This document shows, piece by piece, positions 13,685-24,563 of a stretch of DNA of 64,000 nucleotides. Origin of the DNA: Squalus acanthias (lineage: Eukaryota); contig CM059453.1 of the NCBI GenBank assembly GCA_030390025.1, positions 6,572,001 to 6,636,000 of the forward strand, given 5' to 3'. The stretch's first letter is position 1. Each line of letters opens with the position of its first letter. The notes under the pieces are model-generated. The model saw nothing but the letters and a program-made list of their open reading frames with translations. It was not told where the DNA came from and did not search any database. The position numbers and the translations under genes are program-made.

Positions 13685-15800
13685 TGAAAGAATCATAGAA
13701 TGGGTTACAGCACTGAAGGAGGACATTCGGCCCGTCGAGCACGTGGAGCTCTCTGCAAGAGCACTTCAGCTAGTCCCACTGCCCCCGCCCTTTCCCCGTA
13801 GCCCTGCAATTCTTTTTTCCTTAAGTTACTCAGTCAGTTCCCTTTTGAAAGCCACGATTGAATCTTCCTCCACCACCCTTTCAGTCAGTGCATTGCACAT
13901 CATAACCATTCGCTGCGTCTAAAAAGTTTTTCCGCATGTTGCCTTTGATTCTTCTGCCAATCACCTTGAATCTGTGTCTTCTGGTTCTCGACACCTTTCG
14001 TCAATGGGAACAGTTTTTCTCCATCTACTCGGTCTAGACACCTCATGATTTTGAACACCTCTATCAAATCTCCTCTCAACCTTCTCTGCTCTAAGGAGAA
14101 CAACCCCTGCTTCTCCAGTCTATCCAAGTAACTGAAGGCCCCCATCCATGGAAGCCTTCTTCTCATCTTTTCTGCACCCTCTCTAAGTCCTTCACATCCT
14201 TCCTAAAGTGCAGTGCCCAGAATTGGACACAATACCTCAGTTGAGGCCGAACCTGTGTTGTTTAAATCTTCAGCATGACTTCCTAGCATTTGAATTCTAA
14301 GACTCTATTTATGAAGCCCAGGATCCCGTAGGCTTTTTAGTTATTTAAACAGGATTTGCCTTTAACATGCCCGTGCTGGCTTTCCTTAATTATTCCACAC
14401 TTGTCTTAGTGACTGTTAATTTTGTTCCAGATTATTGTTTCTAAAAGCTTCCCCACTACCGAGGTTAAACTGACTGGCATGTAGTTGCTGGGTTTATCCT
14501 CACATTCTTTTTTGAACAAGGGTGTAACATTTGCAATTCTCCAGTACTCTGGCACCACCCCCATATCCAAGGAGGATCGAAAGATTATGGACAGTACCTC
14601 CGCGTTTTCCACTTTTCCTTCCCTCAGCATCTTAGGATGCATCCCATCCGGTCTTGTTGACTTATCTACTTTAAGTACGGACAGCCATTCTAGTACCTCC
14701 GCCTTATCAATTTTTATCCCATCCAGTATCTAATTACTTCCTCTTTTACCACGAATTTGGCAGCATCTTCTTCCTTGTTAAAGGCAGATGCAAAGTACTA
14801 CTTTAGTTCCGCAGAAATGCCCTCTGCCTCCATGCGTACGTTTCCATCTTGGTCCCTAATCGGCCCCACCCCTCCTCTTACTATCCGTTTACTATTTATA
14901 TGCCTATTCAACACTTTTGAAATACCTTTTATGTTAGCTGCCAACCTATTCACATATTCTCTCTCTGCCGCTATTATTTCCTTTTACACTTCCCCTCTGA
15001 ACTTTCAATATTTAGCCTGGTTCTCACTTGTATTCTCAACCTGACACATGTTATAAGTGTCCTTTTTCTGCTCCATCTTACTCACTGTCTCTTTCGTCAC
15101 CCAGGGAGCTCTGGCATTGGTCGGTCTTCCTTTCCCCCTCGTAGGAATGTACCTCGACTGTACCCGAACCACTTCCTCTTTAAAGGCATCCCATTGTTCG
15201 ATTACAGTTCTGCTTGCCAATATTTAATTCCAATTAACCTGGGCCAGATCCATTCTCAACCCACTGAAATTGGCCTTTTTCCAATTAAGTATTTTTACTC
15301 TAGATTGCTCTCTGTCCTTTTCCATTGCTAATCTAAACCTTCTGATACTGTGATCACTTTTCCCTAAATGTCCCCCTACTGACACTTGCTCTACTTGACC
15401 CACCTCATTCCCCAGAACCAGATCCAGCCATGCGTCCTTCCTCGTTGGGCCAGAAACATACGGATCAAGAAAGTTTTCCTGAACAGACTATAGAACTTCT
15501 TGCCCCTCTCTGCCCTTTACACTATTACTATCCCAGACTATATTAGGAAAGTTGAATTCCGCCATTATCAATACTCTATATTTCTGGCACCTCTCTGTAA
15601 TTTCCCTGCAAAGGTGCTCCTCTATATATTTCCCACTAGTTGGTGGCCTATAGAATACACCTAGAAGTGTAATGGCACCTCTATTATTACTCAATTCTAA
15701 TCAAATAGATGCTGTCCTTGGCCCCGCCAGGATATCCTTTCTCTCCAGCACAGTGATATTCTCCTTGTGCAATTCTGCCACCCACCTCCTTTTTCTCCTT
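13685..15800 (-). mobile_element. CR1 LINE (unit 3 copy)
   Basis: Collinear copy of 3484-5600. Confidence 0.9.
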
Positions 15801-16005
15801 CCCTTCCTCTTACACTCTAGAGAAATGTAAAGCTCTAATCTGTCCAAAACTAACTGATTGAGTTGTCTCAGCTTCATTCCTACTTTTCCCTGCTTCAGCG
15901 GATTTCTCCCTGAAAATGTTAACTTCTGCTTAGCTACCTCAACTGTAAAATTCCATTTCACAATCTCATCTATTATTAGCGTTAATTTCTCTATTTTATC
16001 TGAAA

Positions 16006-16797
16006 GGTAATGCATTTGGGGAGCGCTAACAAGGAAAGGGAATATACATTAAATATTAGGACACTGAATAGTGTAGAGGAACAAAGGGACCTTGGAGTGC
16101 ATGTGCACAGATCCCTGAAGGAAGCAGGCCAGGTAGATAAGTTGGTTATGAAGGCATACGGAATGCTTGCTTTTATTAGCCGTGGCATAGAGCACAAGAG
16201 CAGGGGGGTTATGCTTCAACTGTACAAAACAGTAGTTAGGCCTCAGCTAGAGTACTGCGTGCAATTCTGGTCACCACATTATAGGAAAGATGTGACTGCA
16301 CTGGAGAGGTTAAAGAGGAGATGTACAATGATGTTTCCGGGAGTAGGGAATCTTTGCTATGAGGAAAGATTGGAAAGGCTGGGTCTGTTTACTTGTAACA
16401 GAGGAGGCAGACGGGAGACCTTATAGAGGTGTATAAAATTATGTGGGGCACAGATAACGTGGATAGAAAGGACCTATTTCCCTTAGCAGAAGGGTCACAA
16501 ACCAGGAGACACAGATTTAAAGTAATTGGTGGAAGGTTTAGAGGGATTTGAGGGGAAATGTCTTCACCCAGAGGGTTGCGGGGGTCTGGAACTCACTGCC
16601 TGAAAGGGTGGTAGAGGCAGGAACACTAACCATTTTTAAAAAGTACTTGGATGTGCACTTGGAATGCTGTAACCTGCAGGGCTTCGGACGAAGAGCTTGG
16701 AAGTGGGATAAGGCTGGATAGCTCTTTGTGGCCAGCGCGGACACGATGGGCCGAAATGGCCTCCTCCCGTGCTGTAACTTGCTATGATTCTATGACT
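16006..16797 (+). mobile_element. CR1 LINE 3' fragment (unit 3)
   Basis: Copy of 5805-6597. Confidence 0.9.
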
Positions 16798-19700
16798 CTA
16801 AAAAGAAAGACATTGCATATATATATCACTTTTCACGACCACCGAACGTCCCAATGTGCTTTACAGACAGTGAAGTTCTTTTGAAGTGTAGCAATTTTGC
16901 AATGTAAGAAACGCGGCATCCAATTAGCACTCAGCAAGTTCCCACAAACGGCAACGTGTTGCCTCGGTCCTAAGCTCTGGAATCCCTGCATAATCCTCGC
17001 CGCCTCGCTACCTCACTTTCCTCCATTAAGACATTCCTTAAAACCTACCTCTTTGACCAAGCTTTTGGTCACCTGCTCTAATTTATCCTTGTGTGGCTCG
17101 GTGTCAGTTTGTTTGCTTTAAAATACTCCTGTGCAGCGCCTTGTTACGTTTTATGTCGTTAAAGGCACTATATTAATATTGTTATTGTTGTTGTTGAAAA
17201 ATTTAGGGAATTTGGTACAGATTCATGCCCCAGTTTGTTTTTAATGACTAGTTTAGGGACATTTTTTCTCACCCAGGTGCTAGTTATGTTTTTGACTAGT
17301 TTAGGGATGTGCGTTTAGTTCTGAGACCCAGTTTGGGTTTAATACTGCCGGTTCATATGAAGCATCTTCAGTTTCTCACCCATTGTTCTCTTCTGATGTG
17401 CTGCTCCGCGGTGGGTTTGTTTACGCCTAGTGCGTGTACCAGCTACAGAGCAGAGGCGTGCAGAGCTCGGTTCTATTAAGAGCACAAATAGCTGTGGTGA
17501 CTGCAGGCCATCTGTTACGTCTTAGGGTGTAAATCATTTTGGACAATTGAACCAGAATGAGGTTAATTGTGGTCAGGCAGCATCCGGTGATACATTGTGC
17601 TGTATTGTGAAATGACCTATAATGTTTGCAGCTTCATGTTTAAGCTGTAATGTAAAGTGAGAGCCCATAGCATCCATGTTAATAATATATGGAATAACAA
17701 ATAATACCTGCTGATAATTATCTCGCTATTAAGTAATCAGCTGTGACTGAAAGTCCAGAGACTTCAGCTCACATTCTAAGCTAGCACATCATTGCAGTGC
17801 TGCACTGTCGGAGGTGCTGCCTTTAAGATGAAACGATAAAGCGTGGCCCGTTCCGTCCTTAAGGTCGTCCTAAAAATAAAAGCATGCCACTATTTCGAAG
17901 AAGAGCAGCAAAGATCTCGGCGGTGTCCTGGGCCAATATTAATCCTTCAACCAACATAACCAAAACAAATTAACCAGCTATTATCAGATAGTTGTTTGTG
18001 GGAGCTTGCTGTGCTCAAATGGTCTGCCACGTTTCATACGTTACAAAAGTGACTACACATCAAAAGTACTTAATTGGCTGTAAAACGTTTTGGGTCGTCC
18101 TGAGGTGATGAAAGGCTCCATATAAATGTAACTTCTTTCTTCCACGTTCTCCACTTAGATGTTGCTGCATGTGACGTTATTAACAAATCGATAACATCTT
18201 TATGCCACAATTACCCCTCTCCAGTACTAATAAAAGGTGCAAATTTATTTGATAAAACGGATGAAAAACTTTGTCTTCACTTTCAGGCGCTGGCCGACCC
18301 GCAGTGTTTTTCAATATTTTACATATTTTTTTATGAATGTATTGCCTCTTCTGGGATCGTAAATTTGTTTTCAAACAGAGACAAAAGGCATATCTGGTTC
18401 TTTAATCAGATTCTAAATTTTGGAAACTGGACCACTCTCACCCACAACATATTCCACCGCCCACCTCTTAGAGTCAACTGCAACCCATTAGGCAATGAGG
18501 TCAGACATTGCATTTCACTTTGGACTAGGCAAACATTAATAGCAGTAAGGCAGCGTATTTCTGAATAATTTGCACAATGTTGCAGGAAAGGGCGGTTAAG
18601 ATGGCTTGGGTAGAATGTGGAATATTAATGGGTAGTTCTTGCACGCTCATCGTGTTGAATTCAGGGTTCATCACAAAACCACCCACTCCAAACCTCTTCC
18701 ATACGCTCCTCTCCAATCTTCACTTCCACCTACAATCTAGAGATATTTAAAGCCATAGTCAGTCCTAATCAAACTCCTTGAGTTATCTCAACATCATTCC
18801 AACTTCATTGGGTTTCTCTGTGAAAACTAAAACGTTTACTTATCTATCCCCAATGACATCCTTCATTTCGCAAGTTCAATTCTTTCTACCATTACTTTCT
18901 CTATTTGTTTCTTATCTTTTCCTGTTCACTGTGGCTTTTGTTTACTCTCTCTCGCACGCTGTCTTCCTCTCCCTTTCTCTCTCTCTCACTCTCCGTATCT
19001 CTCTCAGTTTAGTAACGATGGCATGGAGTTTGCGCTAGGGGTGCAATCAGGAAAATGCTCCCAGAATGCGCTGGACACTGATGAGGTGAAGTTGCGATCA
19101 AGAGTTCACGATAACTCATTAGCATATGCCCAGGCGTAAACTTCCCCATGAATCAGCGAGCAGCGTAATTGATCAGAATCGATTTGTGTCTGGAACAGGG
19201 ACATTTCTACAGCATCACAAAGCGGTGCAGATTTCCGAGGAAATAAGCCTCTCTGATTGGTCAATGAGGGTGACGTCTCACCAGTCAAATTCAAATGGCC
19301 AAAAGTGCTCCCTTTTTAAAGACGCACGAACAATAAAGTTCAAATTGTCAGTGATTGACAGGAAAAACATTTTTACATTATAATATTACTGGTCGTGTCG
19401 ACTATGCACTTTAGTCCCACCATTTCCCACTGGTCACGGAATGCCTCAAACGTACCTGTGGACACCGCGTGTTCCCTCTTCAATTACACCTGGCTGTGGA
19501 CATAGCTGCGGAGGCAGGCATTCGGACCGAATGATCGCCTCGACCACGTGCTGACTGGACCTCTTAATGGCAATCTTGGTAAGGCCCAGGATCACACCCA
19601 CAGGAGGTCCACCGACCTGCCGGCCCACCACCACACGGTCTGGACAAAGATCAGGACCATGGGAATCAAGTGCAGCCGGAAATTGTCGACCAGATCCTTC

Positions 19701-20547
19701 AAACAGTGGCAGAAAGGCTGCAACATTTCACACTCCAGATTGATGTGAAACACGGACTCATCTATGCCTTGAAAATGCAGGCAACCTGGGAGAACGCGAT
19801 ACTGTTTCGATATCTGTCCAGCTGACTGCTCCGTGCATTACTCTTCACAGAGAGGCCCGATAGAAGAGAGAAGGGCTCCCGCGTAGAGAGTTCTCCACTG
19901 GGGAGCTGGGCTCCCGCCGCATTGCAAAACAAGCCATTGTTCTAACTGATTTTATGCTCTTGCCTTCAATTGACTGCTGGTACATCTTGGTACATAAGAC
20001 CTGTGACCGGCAGTCACTTGGAATCAAACTGGTGTGCCCTGCTCTGTTCTAAGTGAATGAATGTAGATGCATTTAAAGGAATGTATCGTAATAACACCAG
20101 CAGGAGAAAGACAGCAGTGTCCAGCTTCATTGCTTGCTGGTCCTGGCAGATCCAAGTCAATAACGCTGGATTGCTGTGACAACGGGTGCCTGTACGCCGG
20201 AGTTTCTGTGTACAATCTGATGAACATCTCCAAACGGATGCACTCTGCCGAAACAGGCCCAATTTTGTCAGCTGGTCTCCTTCGTTCGAACGGCAAATGG
20301 GGAGGAGGCGATGTTTCTGGAGGAAGGAGAGGGGTGAGAAGTAGTTGATAGGGAGTGGGGGAAGACCACATACAGAATAAGTGACCTACAAAGTGGTCCG
20401 ATGCAGAACAGGAACTAAATACATGGCGGAAGTGAAAATAGTGTAAAACGAAAGAGAAAAGAGCCCCAGCACGTTCAATCTTTCCTGATAGATGTAACCT
20501 TTCGATCTCCCCCCAAATTTTGCTGATATCTGTGCTTTAGTCATGGT

Positions 20548-20800
20548 AAGGGGAGGGCGGGACTGGGGAGGGGAGAAGGGGAAGGGGAGGAATGGGCGGG
20601 AGGTGAGGGAGGTGGGGAAGTGTGTGGACGGGCTTTAAGAGATATGAGTGGGAGGGGAGAAGGTGATGGGGAGTTGGGGTATAGGGAGGAGGGGGAGGAG
20701 GGGAGATTGGGTGGCGGGGAAGGGTGAAAGGGAAAAGGAGGTGGAAAGAGGCGGAGAGGAGAGAATGAGAGGGTGGGGTCGAGGGGAGGGGGATGGATTA
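20548..20800 (+). repeat. G/A-rich polypurine low-complexity tract
   Basis: Dense GGG/GGGG runs and very few pyrimidines. Confidence 0.85.
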
Positions 20801-20836
20801 GGGAAAGACCACATAACGATAAAATGACCTGTGAAG

Positions 20837-21900
20837 TGTAAGGACATTTTTATGGATCAGGGCAGAAAAGCCCTGAGGAAAAATGACTTTGCATGAACCC
20901 CTGCAGTCAATCCAACCAAAGAGCATGAGCCTCAACCAAAACCTCACAAACTCATTCAAAAGTGAATAATCCAAGACCCCTTTTGAAATCCCCAGGCCCA
21001 AACAGGATGCTAGAAGCCTGAATAAAACCGGAAGCCATCAGGACAAGTTTACACCAAGGTAAAATCATTAAACTTAACGAGCCCGTCAAAACCTAAGAGA
21101 ATAGAATGAACAGGCCTCAACTGAAACGTAATTCACTTCAAAACGAAACGGATTTAGTAAAGCGGTTTTGGCGCGAAAAACACAATAAGGCTACTTCAAT
21201 TTATTATAATTGAAGGCCCATCAAACAGTTACAGTTCAAGTTCAACAGAAGGCAGTTCTGCAGTTCAATCAAAAAGCCTTTTTTTCAGCAATATGTCAGG
21301 GCTGGAGTTACAGAGTTCAGGAGAAGCAGGCAGAAGGCAGTTTCCACAGTTCTGCAAGAAGGCAGTTCCACAGCTCGGAAGAAGACAGTTTAAACAGAGG
21401 CAGAGTTACAGCAAGAAGTTCAACAAAGAAGGCCAGCAACTTCAGAAGCAGACCGACACGCAAAAAGAAACCAGAGCAACTGCCTCAGTGACCTTCGGAC
21501 ACCTCGCGGCAACAAGGGCCTTATGAAACCTTTTACTCAAAAGACTCGAAACCCTAACTCCCAACTGTCAAGGATTCGTTTGGTGAGAATTATCCCTGGT
21601 TCTCCAGAGACCACCCTAGCTCGAGAAGTGGGATTGGGAGGTGTGAAGTATTCTTCTAATGTTATTTCCCTCGCCTGTTCCGCGTGTTCTCCAACCTGTG
21701 TATAAGTGTTTAGTGTGTTTTAAGTTTGTTACCTTTTTCTTTTAATAAAGTCAAAATTCTTTCATCAGAACCAGTTGTCTACTGCATCTTTGTTCACAAC
21801 CCCTAAATAAGTCCAAGGTCGAGAACCAGGGGAGTGGGAGCGATTCCATCCACTCACTGAGACAGAGGTGAGGCTGACTCCTACCACTCCACCCCCTACA
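20837..21900 (+). repeat. 5' LTR (~1.06 kb, shortened)
   Basis: Starts TGTA, ends ccccctaCA; AATAAA at ~21744; aligns with 25315-26469. Confidence 0.85.
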
Positions 21901-21903
21901 TAA

Positions 21904-21922
21904 TGCCGAACGTGGCAGGAGT
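21904..21922 (+). promoter_or_regulatory. Primer-binding site, probably tRNA-Arg
   Basis: tgccgaacgtggcaggagt, 3 nt after the LTR; ~15/19 match to the recalled complement of the vertebrate tRNA-Arg(TCG) 3' end (tggcgaccgcggcaggact). Confidence 0.55.
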
Positions 21923-21974
21923 TTGGCAAAAATGTTATGAAGCATTTGACACTGGTTTTGAGGAGAGAACTGTA

Positions 21975-23682
21975 ATGGAATAGAGGTTTTCAGATTATGT
22001 GTTCAGCAAGGTGATTTTGGAAAGAAGTGGGGCACTACTGTTAAAGACTGGGCGCCCGGTAGATGCAGCAGCTGAATAGACAGAAGGTAAGGATCATAAA
22101 AAAATCCTTACAAAAATGCAGTCTGGCTGATGTGCTTCAAGAAACAGATCCAACTTTTGGACAGACTCGTTGAAGCACAGGCAGCCGAGATTCGGGAGTC
22201 AGCCCTGGAAGTCCAAACAAAGGCCCTAGCAGGGGATAAGTTACTGTTAGCATTGCAGGCTCTAAACCAGGAAAGGGTGCAGTTAGTGTGGGAGCATAAT
22301 TCCCGGCAGGAATATTTACAGTGTCACGTCACAGAGGCCAATAATAATGAGCTGAGGTTGCAGGAAAAGAAAGCCCGCCTGGCAAAACAAGTAAGAGAGC
22401 AGGAGGAGACAGTAAAAGGCTTACAGGTAGCCTATAAGGTAATGAGCGCACAGGGGTTTGAGGATGCAGACCATGCCCCCTGCCAGAAGCAGGTAGAGAG
22501 TCTGAACCTTGCTCTAAGTAAGGCAAAAGGCATGGTGTGCCTCATAAACCCGAGTGCAGCCAAGGTCGACTTTATAGGGAACCTGGGGAGAACGGTTCAG
22601 ACAACACAGATAGTGCCAAGGGACGACGCGGTTGAGGAGCAGGAGGGCCCACGACCACCACCAATAGCGCCAAACTTTAGCGACGTCTGGCAAGAAGGTG
22701 GGTGGAGTTAGGGGCAGAAGCTGAGGTGGAAAACCCCCCGCAAGAGAGGCTGGGACCGGGGCCGATGTGCCCGGCCCGGCAGCAAATGATTGGCCCACCC
22801 GCTGACAATGGGGTTGGGGGACCCCTCCAAAATCACTTCATGGCTCCCCACGGTACACAACAGCTTAGGGCTTTGGTAAGTAAACTCACCCAACAGGGGG
22901 ACCCCTCAGTCCATTTCATGGAAGTGGCACAGGCAGCAGGCATCAATGACTGTGATGATGCCTTGTGGCAAAAATGCTCCTGCTCTCACTGGATGGCAAG
23001 TTATTCCAGTCCCTCTCTGCTGAGAGCAAGAGAGGACAGAAAGGGTATGCTGCCGTCAGAGAGGAAGTTTTAGAGGCCACGGAGATGAATGATGGAACTC
23101 CTTTCTCCCGGGTGGATAAAACAGTGCAGCTCGTATGGGAGACCCCACAGGCTTTCGCAGACAGGCTGTGCCCTGTGTACAGGAGTGCTTTTAATGGGGA
23201 TCTCGACCGAGCGAACCTAAACCGGGACGAGCTGGCCCACTGGCTCCGAAGCTTAGTGGTAAACAGCTTGGCACGAATCAAAACCAAGGCTGAGCTTTGG
23301 TTTGACCCGAGGGACCCCCGGTGCACCGAAGAGGCAGTGGTCAGACAACTGACCCTGGCCTACCGGAACAGTAGAGGGGCTGAAGAGCCCCAACACAAAG
23401 GGAAAGTGCATGAAATGAAACCCGCCCAGGGTAGGAAAGGTGGCATCAGTAAGGTAATAACCCTTCCAGCACAAGGCTTAACTTTTCCGGGTGTGGGAAG
23501 AATGGATACTGGAGGAAGGAGTCTAAGAATCCTTGGAAAGAATACAAGGGTAAGAATTCCTCAACCCCATCCCAAAAGGCAGAGACAGGGACGCCATGAG
23601 TACCAAATTGACTGGCCCAGGGAAGGTAGCAGCAACCACCGGTGCTCTGGCACCATCTGCCTAATACAACCCAGACCTATGA
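21975..23682 (+). pseudogene. Frameshifted gag (coiled-coil N-terminus, capsid-like region, degenerate zinc knuckle)
   Basis: Overlapping ORFs 22130-22711, 22702-23073 and 22965-23720; FSGCGKNGYWRKES at ~23483-23524 is a decayed CX2CX4HX4C. Confidence 0.7.
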
Positions 23683-24548
23683 CTAGAACCAGCGCAGCCT
23701 GTCTACCTGTGTCCCCTTGAAAGACACGTAGAGGAAGAGACCTGCTGTAAGGAGGCCAGGTTAAATGAGCAGCCCTTACGGGAGGAGAACGCTCGCTTAA
23801 CGGGTAAAGTAGACGGGCTGCAGGGGCAGCTTAGAGACATAAAGGCAGCCTACAGGCTAGCCAGGAGCAGTGGTTATGAGGATTTAAACCATGGGCCCTG
23901 TAAGGAAAGGATAACAGGTCTGACCCAAGCCCTATCCAAAGCCAGAGGGATGGTTTGCTTAACAACCCCGGGGGAATTCACCAACCCGTAGTTGCAAGCC
24001 ATGGTAGCAGAGTTGCCCAAACAAAAAAAGGATAGAAATCCCCAGCCAGCAGCTGTGGCAGACTCACAGACTGTAGCGGTGAGGACAGGGGCTTGTATCA
24101 CAGAAGGGTATACTCCAACAATCATGTGGGACTCAGGCACCCCTCAGTGGCCAGAGCCCTACGAAAGTCTCCCCGCACACCACAGCCGAAACCACCCTGG
24201 TCTCCAGTGTACCAGTTTAAACTGTCCCACCCAAAGAGGGTTGCAACCCGTAAAGATACGCCCAAGGTCAGGGATCAGTCTGAGTACAGGGATCCCCAGC
24301 CTACAGCCTCCTGCAGAGATAGTCTCACAGAGGCAGCTGTGAGCCAAGAACACAAGAAGGGTCCCCAGCCTGTGGTCTCAGGCTGGGAGGAACCCACAGG
24401 ACAGGACAGGGACTCAGAAGCAGCCACACCAAAGGTGGCAGTGTGCTGTAGATGAAGGACTCTCAGGATCCTGCGGTACAGGCAACCTTACCGGCTGCCC
24501 TGAAGCAGCAAAAGGCAGTGCCCGAACAGGGTTTAGTCTTGCCGCTCG

Positions 24549-24563
24549 GAGACGGGGGGCGAA
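24549..24563 (+). promoter_or_regulatory. Polypurine tract
   Basis: gagacggggggcgaa immediately before the TGTA that starts the 3' LTR. Confidence 0.7.

Larger units (their letters stand above)
3057..18334. repeat. Tandem array of three ~5.1-kb units (3057-8157, 8158-13256, 13257-18334)
   Basis: Anchor gaatg(g/t)attgcctc recurs at 3057, 8158, 13257 and 18335 (periods 5101, 5099, 5078). The same element order and near-duplicate ORFs recur, with many point differences. Confidence 0.95.

Noticed and set aside
19440-20370. GC-richer ORF fragments as a Harbinger Myb/SANT or host gene
   Set aside because: Only a vague resemblance; no consistent frame or motif to support a call.
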